From Sulfuriferula plumbiphila (lineage in GTDB: Bacteria; Pseudomonadota; Gammaproteobacteria; Burkholderiales; Sulfuriferulaceae), in the NCBI RefSeq assembly GCF_009938015.1, contig NZ_AP021884.1:2504585-2544584 (forward strand): a stretch of 40,000 bases of DNA. The letters run 5' to 3'. The position numbers were made by a program, and so were the translations under genes. Shown here in pieces: positions 17,808-26,490 of this stretch; within the stretch, counting starts at the first letter, position 1; each line of letters begins with the position of its first letter. The notes under the pieces are model-generated. The model ran no database searches, was not told the DNA's origin, and was given only the letters and a program-made list of their open reading frames with translations.

Positions 17808-18797
17808 TTATTTGGCTTGCGCCAGGGCCTGGTGAGCTTCGGTGCGTATTTCCGCCCCCCGGTTTCGCCCGGCACAAACCATAAATTCCAGGTTGTCTGC
17901 GGCAAATTCGGTACGCGCCGACCGGGCCAAGGCATGAGCCGACATTTCGGACTCCGCCAGCACGAAGCCGGTTGGCCCCCAGGAGCTCTGCCCCACTCCA
18001 GCAGCGCCGTTGCGCCCGAACCACTTAAGGGCACGCGCCACCCGGGGACTGGCAAAACGTCCACCTTGAGCAGGCGCGAAATGGTCGCCCACCACTTCCT
18101 GGATTGTGCTGACAGCGACCCCGAAGCCAGCGATATCCCATTCCGCCAAGGCAGGCATGGCCTGCATCAGAGCCAGACGACACAGGCGACCAGCACTGGC
18201 TTCCGGAAAGTTTGGCAAGGCGGCGAAGGCTTGTTTTTCCTGTTCGCCGTGCAATCCCGTGTAGGTGCGGTCGAACACCAAAACCAGACGCCAGTGAGCC
18301 GGAAATTCCAGGCGGGAAATCACTGTGGGTGGCGCATCTTGTCCGCCCCGGCCGCCATCCACGACGAATCCGCCGTGCTCGAACAGGCCAAGCCCGATAC
18401 CGGAACGCCCACCCCGGTTCATAGCCGTGGCCATGTCGCGCAAGGGCCATTCCACTCCATAGAGACGGGACAGTGCAGTTCCCACCGCCAGAGCCAGCTG
18501 GGTGCCTGATCCCAAGCCTGCATGTTCGGGGATTGCTTGCTGTACCTGCAGGCGTGCCCCCCCTTTGATGCCCATGCTGACCAAGGCCTGGCGCGCGAAA
18601 GCCTGGGCGCGTTCAGCCTGGGGGCCCTGAGCGGATATCCGATCGTCCGGATGAGCCGTGACCGTGGTGGCCAATTCCTCGATCGCCAGACCCAGGCTAC
18701 CGAAGCGCCTCCCCAAGCTGCCGTTGAGGTCGAGGAATCCCATGTGCAGTCGTGCTGGAGCTCGTACGGTTGCGCTTAGATAGGCTGTAGGGGACAT
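17808..18797 (-). CDS. mptG: beta-ribofuranosylaminobenzene 5'-phosphate synthase (GHMP-kinase fold)
   Basis: The product is 329 aa. VRAPARLHMGFLDLNG ... IPEHAGLGSGTQLALA is the GHMP motif as in MptG. Confidence 0.85.
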   Translation of the reverse strand: MSPTAYLSATVRAPARLHMGFLDLNGSLGRRFGSLGLAIEELATTVTAHPDDRISAQGPQAERAQAFARQALVSMGIKGGARLQVQQAIPEHAGLGSGTQLALAVGTALSRLYGVEWPLRDMATAMNRGGRSGIGLGLFEHGGFVVDGGRGGQDAPPTVISRLEFPAHWRLVLVFDRTYTGLHGEQEKQAFAALPNFPEASAGRLCRLALMQAMPALAEWDIAGFGVAVSTIQEVVGDHFAPAQGGRFASPRVARALKWFGRNGAAGVGQSSWGPTGFVLAESEMSAHALARSARTEFAADNLEFMVCAGRNRGAEIRTEAHQALAQAK

Positions 18798-18834
18798 ATT
18801 TTTAAAAATTGGATCATTAATTTGTCACCAGATT

Positions 18835-18850
18835 AGCAATCTCCATGCCA
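18835..18850 (-). promoter_or_regulatory. candidate sigma-54 (-24/-12) promoter for the mptG-mtdB-mch-fae direction
   Basis: The minus strand reads TGGCATGGAGATTGCT against the consensus TGGCACG-N4-TTGCW. The GG-N10-GC spacing is exact. 38 nt separate the -12 GC from the mptG ATG. Confidence 0.5.
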
Positions 18851-19039
18851 TAAAAAAACGCATATCAATCAGCCTGCTAGTACCCATACATCGTGCAGAA
18901 GTGTGACACACTGTCCCATCGATCACCCCGCGCGTGGTACATCCAGGGTCGCATAACCACACTCACGGATGTCAGGAAAATATTTGATTCGCCAGACATA
19001 ATCCAAGAGATCCCAATGGATTCCAATGGATTCCATGCA

Positions 19040-19055
19040 TGGCATGAAAAATGCT
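19040..19055 (+). promoter_or_regulatory. candidate sigma-54 (-24/-12) promoter for fhcBADC
   Basis: The plus strand reads TGGCATGAAAAATGCT. The GG-N10-GC spacing is exact. 39 nt separate the -12 GC from the fhcB ATG at 19094. Confidence 0.5.
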
Positions 19056-19093
19056 TATATTGCAGCACCCCTCCTGTTAAAATCCTTTATCCG

Positions 19094-20341
19094 ATGTCTG
19101 ATACCTTTGTCTGTTGCCCATTCTGTGGCTTGCTTTGCGATGATCTGACTATCGCCCTTAACAAGGGTCAGGCACAGATCGAAAGTGCGGGCTGTGCCCG
19201 CGCTGTCAAACTGTTTGTTGTTCCCAGGCAGAGTCAGGCTCTGGTCGCCGGCCAGGCAGTCGACTTGGCCGCTGCCTATCGCGCTGCGGCCGCCATCCTC
19301 ACGCGTTCGCAGCACCCTTTGATGGGCGGCCTGGCCTGCGATGTCACAGGCCATCGCGCAGCCTTGGCTCTGGCGGAGAAAGTTGGCGGCGTAGTCGACC
19401 ACATGAATGGGCAGGCTCAGTTCCGCAACTGGCTGCCCTTCCAGGACGGCGGCTGGATGACCACCACACTGTCCGAAGTGCGCAACCGGGCTGATCTGAT
19501 CGTGTTAGCCGGCACCGATACCTCCCGTTTTCCCCGTTTTTTCGAGCGTTGCCTGACACCCGAGTCCCAGTTTGGCGAGCTGCATCGGCAGATCATCGCT
19601 TTGGGAACCAATCTTCCCTTGATCCCGGGACGCCCCACCGATACAGACCTCGCCATTCCCATTCAGAATGAGCGCCTGGGTGAGTTGTTCGCGGCTTTGC
19701 GCGCTCGCTTAGCTGGACACCGGCTAGACGCTCCCGATATTGCCGGCGTACCGCTGGCGCAAATCGATGCCCTGTTGGTTGCCCTGCATGCCGCCCGCTA
19801 TGGTGTGCTGGTATGGAATGCGGCAGAGCTGGATTTTCCCAACGCCGACCTGGCCATCCAGGCCATGGTGAATCTGATCAAGGACCTCAACCGCACTACC
19901 CGCTGGTCCGGCCTGCCCTTAGGCGGCAACGACGGGGACACTTCCGCCGCCCAGGTCTGCACCTGGCAGGCGGGCTATCCCCTGCGCACCACGTTCGAGG
20001 CCAGTGGCCCCCATTACGAACCCATGCTCTACGCGACGGATGCCCTCCTGGAAAGCGGCGATGTGGATGCCCTGGTTTGGATATCCGCCTTCGACCCTGA
20101 ACGCACCCCTCCAACCGCAAATTGCCCCACCATCGTCTTGGGACGCCCCGACATGATCTTCACCCGCCCACCGGATGTCTTTATTCCGGTCGCGGTACCG
20201 GGCGTGCAACACACCGGCTTCCTGCACCGCATGGACGCGGTGGTGGCCCTGCCTCTGAGCGCGCCGGCCCCTGCCGACCTGCCCAGCGTAGCCCAGGCCC
20301 TGGTGGCCATCCAACAGAAATTGAACCATGCTGCGGCTTAA
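19094..20341 (+). CDS. fhcB: formyltransferase/hydrolase complex subunit B (formylmethanofuran dehydrogenase subunit B homologue)
   Basis: The internal ATG at 19094 gives MSDTFVCCPFCGLLCDDL, a typical FwdB/FhcB N-terminal Cys motif. The product is 415 aa. The upstream part of the listed ORF covers the AT-rich promoter region. Confidence 0.85.
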   Translation: MSDTFVCCPFCGLLCDDLTIALNKGQAQIESAGCARAVKLFVVPRQSQALVAGQAVDLAAAYRAAAAILTRSQHPLMGGLACDVTGHRAALALAEKVGGVVDHMNGQAQFRNWLPFQDGGWMTTTLSEVRNRADLIVLAGTDTSRFPRFFERCLTPESQFGELHRQIIALGTNLPLIPGRPTDTDLAIPIQNERLGELFAALRARLAGHRLDAPDIAGVPLAQIDALLVALHAARYGVLVWNAAELDFPNADLAIQAMVNLIKDLNRTTRWSGLPLGGNDGDTSAAQVCTWQAGYPLRTTFEASGPHYEPMLYATDALLESGDVDALVWISAFDPERTPPTANCPTIVLGRPDMIFTRPPDVFIPVAVPGVQHTGFLHRMDAVVALPLSAPAPADLPSVAQALVAIQQKLNHAAA

Positions 20342-21992
20342 AGGCGGACGCCTGTACGACCCCGCCCATGGCATCGACGGTCAGGTGGGGGACCTCTATG
20401 TCGAGGACGGCCGCATCGTTGCCGATCCAGGCCCCGATGCCGTCATCCACCAGGAAATCGACTTGACGAACCGGGTGGTGATGGCCGGTGCCATCGACCT
20501 GCATACCCACATCGGCGGCGGCAAGGTGAACATCGCCCGTGCCCTGCTGCCGGAAGACCACCGATTCGACCCGGCGCCCGCCACGGACCTCATGCACGCT
20601 GGTTGTGGCCACGCCGCGCCCTCTACCTGGACCACCGGTTATCGCTATGCGGAGATGGGCTATACCGCCTGTTTCGAGCCGGCTATGCTACCTTCCAACG
20701 CGCGCCACGCCCATCTGGAAATGGGCGACATCCCCATGGTGGACAAAGGTGCCTACGCCATGCTGGGCAGCGACGATTTCTTCCTGCGCCTGTTGGCCAC
20801 CGGCGCCGACCAGCGTTTGGTCAACGACTATGTGGGCTGGACCTTGGACAGCAGCCAAGCCATGGCCATCAAGGTGGTGAATCCGGGTGGCATTTCCGCT
20901 TTCAAGTTCAATGCCCGCAACCTGGACCTGGACGAGGCTCACCCCTACTATAGCGTAACGCCGCGGCAGGTGATCCAGACCCTGGCCCGGGCCGTGCACG
21001 ACTTGGGCGTGGCCCACCCGCTCCATGTGCATGCCAGTAATCTGGGCATCCCCGGCAACGCCGATACCACGCTGGCCACCATGGCGGCGGCAGAGGGCCT
21101 GCCCATCCACATCACTCACATCCAGTTCCACAGCTACGGTATGGAAGGCGAGCGCAAGTTTTCTTCCGAAGCCGAGCGCATCGCCGACGCCATCAACCAC
21201 ATGGGCAACGTGAGCGCGGACGTGGGGCAGATTCTTTTTGGACAAACTGTCACCGCCTCTGGCGATACCATGATCCAGCACCGCAACCGCCGTCATGCCA
21301 GCCCGGACAAATGGGTATGTATGGATATCGAATGCGACGCGGGTTGCGGCGTGGTACCCTTCAAGTATCGCGACAAGAACTTCGTCAACGCCCTGCAATG
21401 GGCCATCGGCCTGGAACTGTTCCTGCGGGTGACCGACCCATGGCGCATCTTCCTCACCACCGACCACCCCAACGGGGCGCCCTTCACCAGCTACCCGCAT
21501 CTGATCCGTCTGCTCATGGATCGGAATTTCCGCAATTCAAAATTGGACGAGATCAACCCGGAAGCCGCTGCCCACAGCCAGCTGCGGCAACTGGCACGGG
21601 AATACGACCTGTACGAGATCGCCATCATGACGCGCGCTGCGCCGGCCCGCTCCCTGGGCCTTTCCGACCGGGGCCACCTGGGCGTTGGCGCTGCAGCCGA
21701 CATCGTGGTCTATCGGGACGATACCGACCGGGAGGTGATGTTCGCCAAACCCGAGTACGTGTTCAAGGATGGCCGTCTGATCGTGCGTGATGGCCGTGTG
21801 GTGGAGGTGGTCAACGGCGCGGTCCATGTGGTTAAACCCGAATACGACAAGGGCATCGAAAAGCCCCTGAAGGACTATTTCGATCGTTACATGACGGTGA
21901 AGATGGAACACATAAAAGTAAGCGACGACGAAATATGCAGCTGCGGCGCCAGCAGGCTCATTCCTCACAAGTGCTCGGTGAGCAGCTCATGA
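20328..21992 (+). CDS. fhcA: formyltransferase/hydrolase complex subunit A (amidohydrolase-fold, FwdA homologue)
   Basis: The product is 554 aa. GAIDLHTHIGGG is the metal-binding HxH region of the amidohydrolase fold as in FwdA/FhcA. It overlaps fhcB by 14 nt. Confidence 0.88.
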   Translation: MLRLKGGRLYDPAHGIDGQVGDLYVEDGRIVADPGPDAVIHQEIDLTNRVVMAGAIDLHTHIGGGKVNIARALLPEDHRFDPAPATDLMHAGCGHAAPSTWTTGYRYAEMGYTACFEPAMLPSNARHAHLEMGDIPMVDKGAYAMLGSDDFFLRLLATGADQRLVNDYVGWTLDSSQAMAIKVVNPGGISAFKFNARNLDLDEAHPYYSVTPRQVIQTLARAVHDLGVAHPLHVHASNLGIPGNADTTLATMAAAEGLPIHITHIQFHSYGMEGERKFSSEAERIADAINHMGNVSADVGQILFGQTVTASGDTMIQHRNRRHASPDKWVCMDIECDAGCGVVPFKYRDKNFVNALQWAIGLELFLRVTDPWRIFLTTDHPNGAPFTSYPHLIRLLMDRNFRNSKLDEINPEAAAHSQLRQLAREYDLYEIAIMTRAAPARSLGLSDRGHLGVGAAADIVVYRDDTDREVMFAKPEYVFKDGRLIVRDGRVVEVVNGAVHVVKPEYDKGIEKPLKDYFDRYMTVKMEHIKVSDDEICSCGASRLIPHKCSVSSS

Positions 21993-22885
21993 TCCATAAC
22001 GGCGTCCTCATCGACGACACCTATGCCGAGGCCTTCGGCATGAAGGCCACCCGCATCATCATCACGGCGGACAACCTCACCTGGGCGAAAAACGCCGCCA
22101 ACGCCGCCTTCGGCTTCGCCACCTCGGTCATCGCCTGCGGTTGCGAGGCGGGCATCGAGCGGGAACTCGCGCCGGACGAGACACCGGATGGCCGACCCGG
22201 TGTGGCCGGCCTGCTGTTCGCGATGTCAACAAAAGAACTCGCCAAGCAGTTGGAGCGCCGTATTGGCCAAGGCGTGCTCACCTGCCCCAGTACCGCCGTG
22301 TTCGCCGGCTGCGACAGTGAGGAAAAACTTCCCCTGGGCAAGAACCTGCGCTATTTCGGGGACGGCTGGCAAATATCCAAGGTCATCGCCGGTCGCCGCT
22401 ACTGGCGCATCCCGGTGATGGACGGGGAATTCCTGGCCGAGGAAAGCACAGGCCTGCTGCGTTCCGTGGGCGGCGGCAACTTCTTGGTGCTGGCGCGTTC
22501 ACGTTGTCAGGCACTAAGCGCGTGCGAAGCGGCTGTGCTGGCCATCGCCAAGGTACCGGGTGTCATCACGCCCTTCCCCGGTGGCGTGGTTCGCTCCGGC
22601 TCAAAAATAGGTTCCAAGTACAAGGCTTTGCCCGCCTCCACCAACGATGCCTTCTGTCCCACCCTGCGTGGCGTCACGGAATCCGAACTGTCACCAGAGG
22701 TGGAGGCTGTGCTGGAAATCGTCATCGACGGGTTGTCCGATGCCGATATGCACGCCGCCATGAAAGCGGGCCTGGAGGCAATTTGCGAGATTGGCGCGGC
22801 GGGTGGCATCGTGCGCCTGTCCGCTGGCAACTATGGCGGCAAATTGGGGCAATTCCACTATCGTCTGCGGGAGATACTGGCATGA
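21989..22885 (+). CDS. fhcD: formylmethanofuran:tetrahydromethanopterin formyltransferase
   Basis: The ATG at 21989 sits in an ATGA overlap with fhcA. MIHNGVLIDDTYAEAFGMKATRIIITA is a typical Ftr/FhcD N-terminus. The product is 298 aa. Confidence 0.88.
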   Translation: MIHNGVLIDDTYAEAFGMKATRIIITADNLTWAKNAANAAFGFATSVIACGCEAGIERELAPDETPDGRPGVAGLLFAMSTKELAKQLERRIGQGVLTCPSTAVFAGCDSEEKLPLGKNLRYFGDGWQISKVIAGRRYWRIPVMDGEFLAEESTGLLRSVGGGNFLVLARSRCQALSACEAAVLAIAKVPGVITPFPGGVVRSGSKIGSKYKALPASTNDAFCPTLRGVTESELSPEVEAVLEIVIDGLSDADMHAAMKAGLEAICEIGAAGGIVRLSAGNYGGKLGQFHYRLREILA

Positions 22886-23688
22886 GCGCCCTGACCCTGA
22901 CCTTGCGTGCGGCGCCTCAAGGCCGGGTGGATATGAGCGGCGTTTTGCCGGCGGCCCTGGCAGGGCTTTCCGTCGCCGCGATCGCCGCCCTGCCTTTGAT
23001 CATGAATGGCCGACCGGTGGCTTTGGGCGAGCTGTTCGATGTGGCACCAGGAGAGGCGAACCGACTCGTGATCTGCACCGCCACCAATTGCCTGGATTAC
23101 CTGGGCAAGGGCATGACCGCCGGGACGATTACCGTGGAAGGTCCGGCCGGTCATTACACCGGCCAGAACCTGTGTGGCGGTAAACTCGTTGTCCGTGGCC
23201 ATGCCGGTCAATTCGCCGCCAGCGGCATGAAGGGGGGCCTGCTGCACATCGTCGGCAACGCTGGCGACTGGCTCGGTGCCGCGCTGATTGGCGACCGGGC
23301 CGGCATGGCCGGTGGCGTGGTAGCGGTGGAAGGCGATGTAGGTGACCGCGCCGGTGACAGGATGCGACGCGGTTTGATCCTGGTCCGTGGCCGCGCCGGT
23401 GACGCCTGCGCGACGCGGCTTCTGGCCGGCACCTTGGTTGTAGCCGGAGGGTGCGGCGACCAGCCCGGTTTCGGCCTGCGCCGTGGCAGCCTGATCCTCG
23501 GCCACGCCCCGGCTACCCTGCCGACGACATTCAACCACGCCGGCGTTGTGGATCTGCCCTATCTGGACCTGTTGCGTCGCCACGCCGCGGGCATCCTGCC
23601 CGGCGTGGTTCCCGCCCTGTCGCGCGTGCGTCGCTATGTGGGCGACCTGACTTGCGGCGGCAAGGGAGAAATCCTGGTGGCAACATGA
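22882..23688 (+). CDS. fhcC: formyltransferase/hydrolase complex subunit C (FwdC homologue, beta-helix G-rich repeats)
   Basis: The ATG at 22882 sits in an ATGA overlap. Repeated GxxGxxxG(A)xMxGGxxxVxGxAG segments (VVRGHAGQFAASGMKGGLLHIVGNAGDWLG ...) resemble FwdC/GltB-C-terminal-type repeats. Confidence 0.85.
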   Translation: MSALTLTLRAAPQGRVDMSGVLPAALAGLSVAAIAALPLIMNGRPVALGELFDVAPGEANRLVICTATNCLDYLGKGMTAGTITVEGPAGHYTGQNLCGGKLVVRGHAGQFAASGMKGGLLHIVGNAGDWLGAALIGDRAGMAGGVVAVEGDVGDRAGDRMRRGLILVRGRAGDACATRLLAGTLVVAGGCGDQPGFGLRRGSLILGHAPATLPTTFNHAGVVDLPYLDLLRRHAAGILPGVVPALSRVRRYVGDLTCGGKGEILVAT

Positions 23689-24224
23689 AGTTGATTTTTC
23701 TACGCCACGGCGAATCCGAATACAACCTGCTCGGCCGCTGCAACGCCGACCCGGTCGTGGCGGTACCCCTGACACCGCTCGGCCGCCGCCAGGCCGAGGC
23801 GGCGGCCGGGCGGCTGCGTGACCTGCCGATTCGGCGAATGTACGTCTCGCGTTTGCAACGCGCCCAGGAAACAGCAGCCATCGTCAATGCGAGCCACGGT
23901 GCCCGTATCCACGTGGATACCCGCCTGGACGACCGCAATACTGGCTTCGAAGGCCTACAGGTAAAGGATTATCTGCGCGCCATGCGTGGCGCGCCCGACC
24001 CTTACGGCTGGAAGGCGCCGACGGGCGAGTCCTATCGGGAAATGGTGGCGCGGGCGCATGCCTTTCTGGAGGACCTTTCCCGGCTGGATGAACCAGCGGT
24101 ACTGGTGGTGACGCATCACGAAGTGCTGCAGGCCGTGGCGGGACACTTCCAGGGTCTGAGTCTAACGCAGATGTGGCAGGTATGGGTTGGCAACGGCGAA
24201 ATTCTGGAATTTGGATCGGGCTGA
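23685..24224 (+). CDS. histidine phosphatase family protein (phosphoglycerate-mutase-like)
   Basis: MKLIFLRHGESEYN carries the RHG catalytic motif, and there is a downstream VVTHHEVL. It has an ATGA overlap with fhcC. The product is 179 aa. Confidence 0.8.
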   Translation: MKLIFLRHGESEYNLLGRCNADPVVAVPLTPLGRRQAEAAAGRLRDLPIRRMYVSRLQRAQETAAIVNASHGARIHVDTRLDDRNTGFEGLQVKDYLRAMRGAPDPYGWKAPTGESYREMVARAHAFLEDLSRLDEPAVLVVTHHEVLQAVAGHFQGLSLTQMWQVWVGNGEILEFGSG

Positions 24225-24227
24225 GGG

Positions 24228-25049
24228 ATGTTCGTCTGCAATCGATTCCATTTCACATTGGAGCACCCGCTGGTGATGGGCATCGTCAATGTCACACCCG
24301 ATTCCTTCTCCGATGGCGGCAGTTTCGCCGCCGCCGAACGGGCTATCGAACATGGCCTGCGCTTGCGAGAGGAGGGGGCGGACATTCTTGATGTCGGTGG
24401 CGAATCCACGCGTCCCGGAGCCACGCCAGTTGAGGTTCAGCTGGAACTGGACCGGGTACTGCCGGTGTTGGCCGGCCTGCTGGAGTGCGGGGCCGCCCTG
24501 TCGGTCGATACCATGAAACCCCAGGTCATGGCGGCCGTGTTGATGGCTGGTGCGGACATGATTAACGATGTGAATGCCTTGTCTGCCCCCGGCGCACTGG
24601 AGGCGGTAGCCGCCTCGGACTGCGGCGTCTGCCTGATGCACATGCAGGGCAGTCCCCGCACCATGCAGGCCGCACCCCAATACCACAACGTGGTGGCGGA
24701 GGTGCTGGACTATCTGCGTGCCCGCATCGTGGTGGCGGAGCACGCAGGCATAGTCCGGGAGCGCCTGGTAGTGGATCCTGGTTTCGGTTTCGGCAAGACC
24801 TCCGCCCATGATCTCTCCCTGTTCAGGCACCTGGATCATTTCGCTGAACTGGCTCCACTGCTTATAGGGGTATCGCGCAAGTCTCTGTTCGGCGTGCTCA
24901 CGGAGCGGCCGCTACAGGAACGGCTGGTGGGCAGTGTCACCGCGGCCATGTTGGCGGCGATGAAAGGGGCGGCCATCCTGCGTGTCCACGACGTCGCGGC
25001 GACGGTGCACGCCTTAAAAGTCATGCACACACTCGCTGCTGAACAATAA
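24228..25049 (+). CDS. folP: dihydropteroate synthase (canonical folate type)
   Basis: MGIVNVTPDSFSDGG ... GADILDVGGESTRPGA ... SVDT ... INDV ... GFGFGK are canonical FolP motifs. Confidence 0.9.
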   Translation: MFVCNRFHFTLEHPLVMGIVNVTPDSFSDGGSFAAAERAIEHGLRLREEGADILDVGGESTRPGATPVEVQLELDRVLPVLAGLLECGAALSVDTMKPQVMAAVLMAGADMINDVNALSAPGALEAVAASDCGVCLMHMQGSPRTMQAAPQYHNVVAEVLDYLRARIVVAEHAGIVRERLVVDPGFGFGKTSAHDLSLFRHLDHFAELAPLLIGVSRKSLFGVLTERPLQERLVGSVTAAMLAAMKGAAILRVHDVAATVHALKVMHTLAAEQ

Positions 25050-25217
25050 GTTTCCCGCCATAACGTACGAGTATCGCAAAGCGTAACCGAATCCACCCTT
25101 TCCTGTTTAATGTTTAACCTGATGTTCGCTTCCCTAGCCCATGCGGCCGAGGTCGAGGTAGAAAACGCCTGGATCCGTGCCCCTGAGTATTGCTCTTTTT
25201 TCTCAAGGCCGCTCTTA

Positions 25218-25970
25218 ATGATGATATGGCTTCTCTTGGTTTCCCTTGGCGCCGGCATTCTGATTGGCGCCGTTGGTATCGGAGGAATCCTTCTGATTCC
25301 CGCACTCAACGTTCTAGGGGGGCTAACAATCCACCAGGCAATGGCAACCGCCTTATTTACCTTTATTTTTACCGGTGCCATAGGCACCTTTTCGTTTCAG
25401 CGCCGCGGAAGTATCGACTGGAGCATTACTGCGCCGCTGTGCCTTGGCGCAGCAATTTTTGGATTTCTGGGCGCTTGGGCGAATGCGAAAATCGATGCGT
25501 ACATACTTTCCCTAATCCTGTCGTCAATTATCATTTTTGCCGGCATTTACACTATTTCCACTCACAGCCTGGCAAGACCGGCCATTCTCCAAGGCCGGCC
25601 GGGGCTGCAGCAGGCCTTCTTGGTTGGCATAGGTGCCGTTGTGGGTTTCGGCTCAGGCCTGACTGGGGTGGGGGGTCCTGCTTTATCTGTTCCCATGATG
25701 ATTTTGTTTGGGTTCTCCCCACTGACCACAATAGGCGCAAGCCAGGTAATTCAGATCCTCGCCGGAATCTCGGGAACGGCAGGGAATATGCAGTACGGCT
25801 CAATCAATTTCAATCTCGTAACCATCTTAACTATTTTCGAGGTCATAGGGGTCCAAATCGGCGTGCGGATCGTACACGCCGTGAACGCTCAATCTCTGCG
25901 CCGCTACGTAGGCGTACTGTGCATTCTTGTTGGCGCGGGACTCATGATGCGTGCATTAGGACTCTTTTAG
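25218..25970 (+). CDS. TauE/SafE-family (sulfite exporter-like) membrane protein
   Basis: The protein is polytopic and hydrophobic with two GxGGGxxxxP-type motifs (GAVGIGGILLIPAL, TGVGGPALSVPMMI). I placed the start at the ATG at 25218 (MMIWLLLV). The listed upstream 36 codons look like an unrelated gene remnant. Confidence 0.75.
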   Translation: MMIWLLLVSLGAGILIGAVGIGGILLIPALNVLGGLTIHQAMATALFTFIFTGAIGTFSFQRRGSIDWSITAPLCLGAAIFGFLGAWANAKIDAYILSLILSSIIIFAGIYTISTHSLARPAILQGRPGLQQAFLVGIGAVVGFGSGLTGVGGPALSVPMMILFGFSPLTTIGASQVIQILAGISGTAGNMQYGSINFNLVTILTIFEVIGVQIGVRIVHAVNAQSLRRYVGVLCILVGAGLMMRALGLF

Positions 25971-26490
25971 AGTCAATCAGCGTTCAAACAAGAACGCCGG
26001 CGCCCAAGCAGTCTGTTGAAAAAACTGATTAGCAAGCCCTTCCCCCGCCGCCTCCCATCAAGGGGTCGGTGGGGTTAACAGCCTGGATCCTAAACCGCTC
26101 ATCTGGACAGCCCAAGCCACTGACATCCTCGCAAAAGTCACTCGCGCTCAGACCAGGCTTCATTAAGAGATAATCCGTTTGACGCACTACACCAGAACAC
26201 CAGGATTTTACGAAATTGTCTGGTAATAGAAATTCTGCTGGTGATTGACCTGCGCGAAAGAAGAACCGGCGTTCAGCGATCAATCCCATGTATTGCGCAA
26301 TGAACACTGCGCACAGAAAGCTGGCCGAGGTGGTCCCCATCAACAATTTGTTTCGGGTACCCTATTCCCCTCATCTGCCTCGGCTTATCGGGCTGCCGTG
26401 CACAGTCGTTTTTGATGTGGCAAAGGTGATGCGCGCCCGCGGTGTGTCTTAAGACAGGAGACGCGCCGTGTCGAGGGGGAAATTCACCCT

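Noticed and set aside
18893-19093. N-terminal extension of fhcB (the listed ORF starts at 18893)
   Set aside because: - The extension covers the AT-rich divergent promoter region and the candidate -24/-12 element.
- It has no coding character.
- The conserved FwdB-type N-terminus begins at the ATG at 19094.
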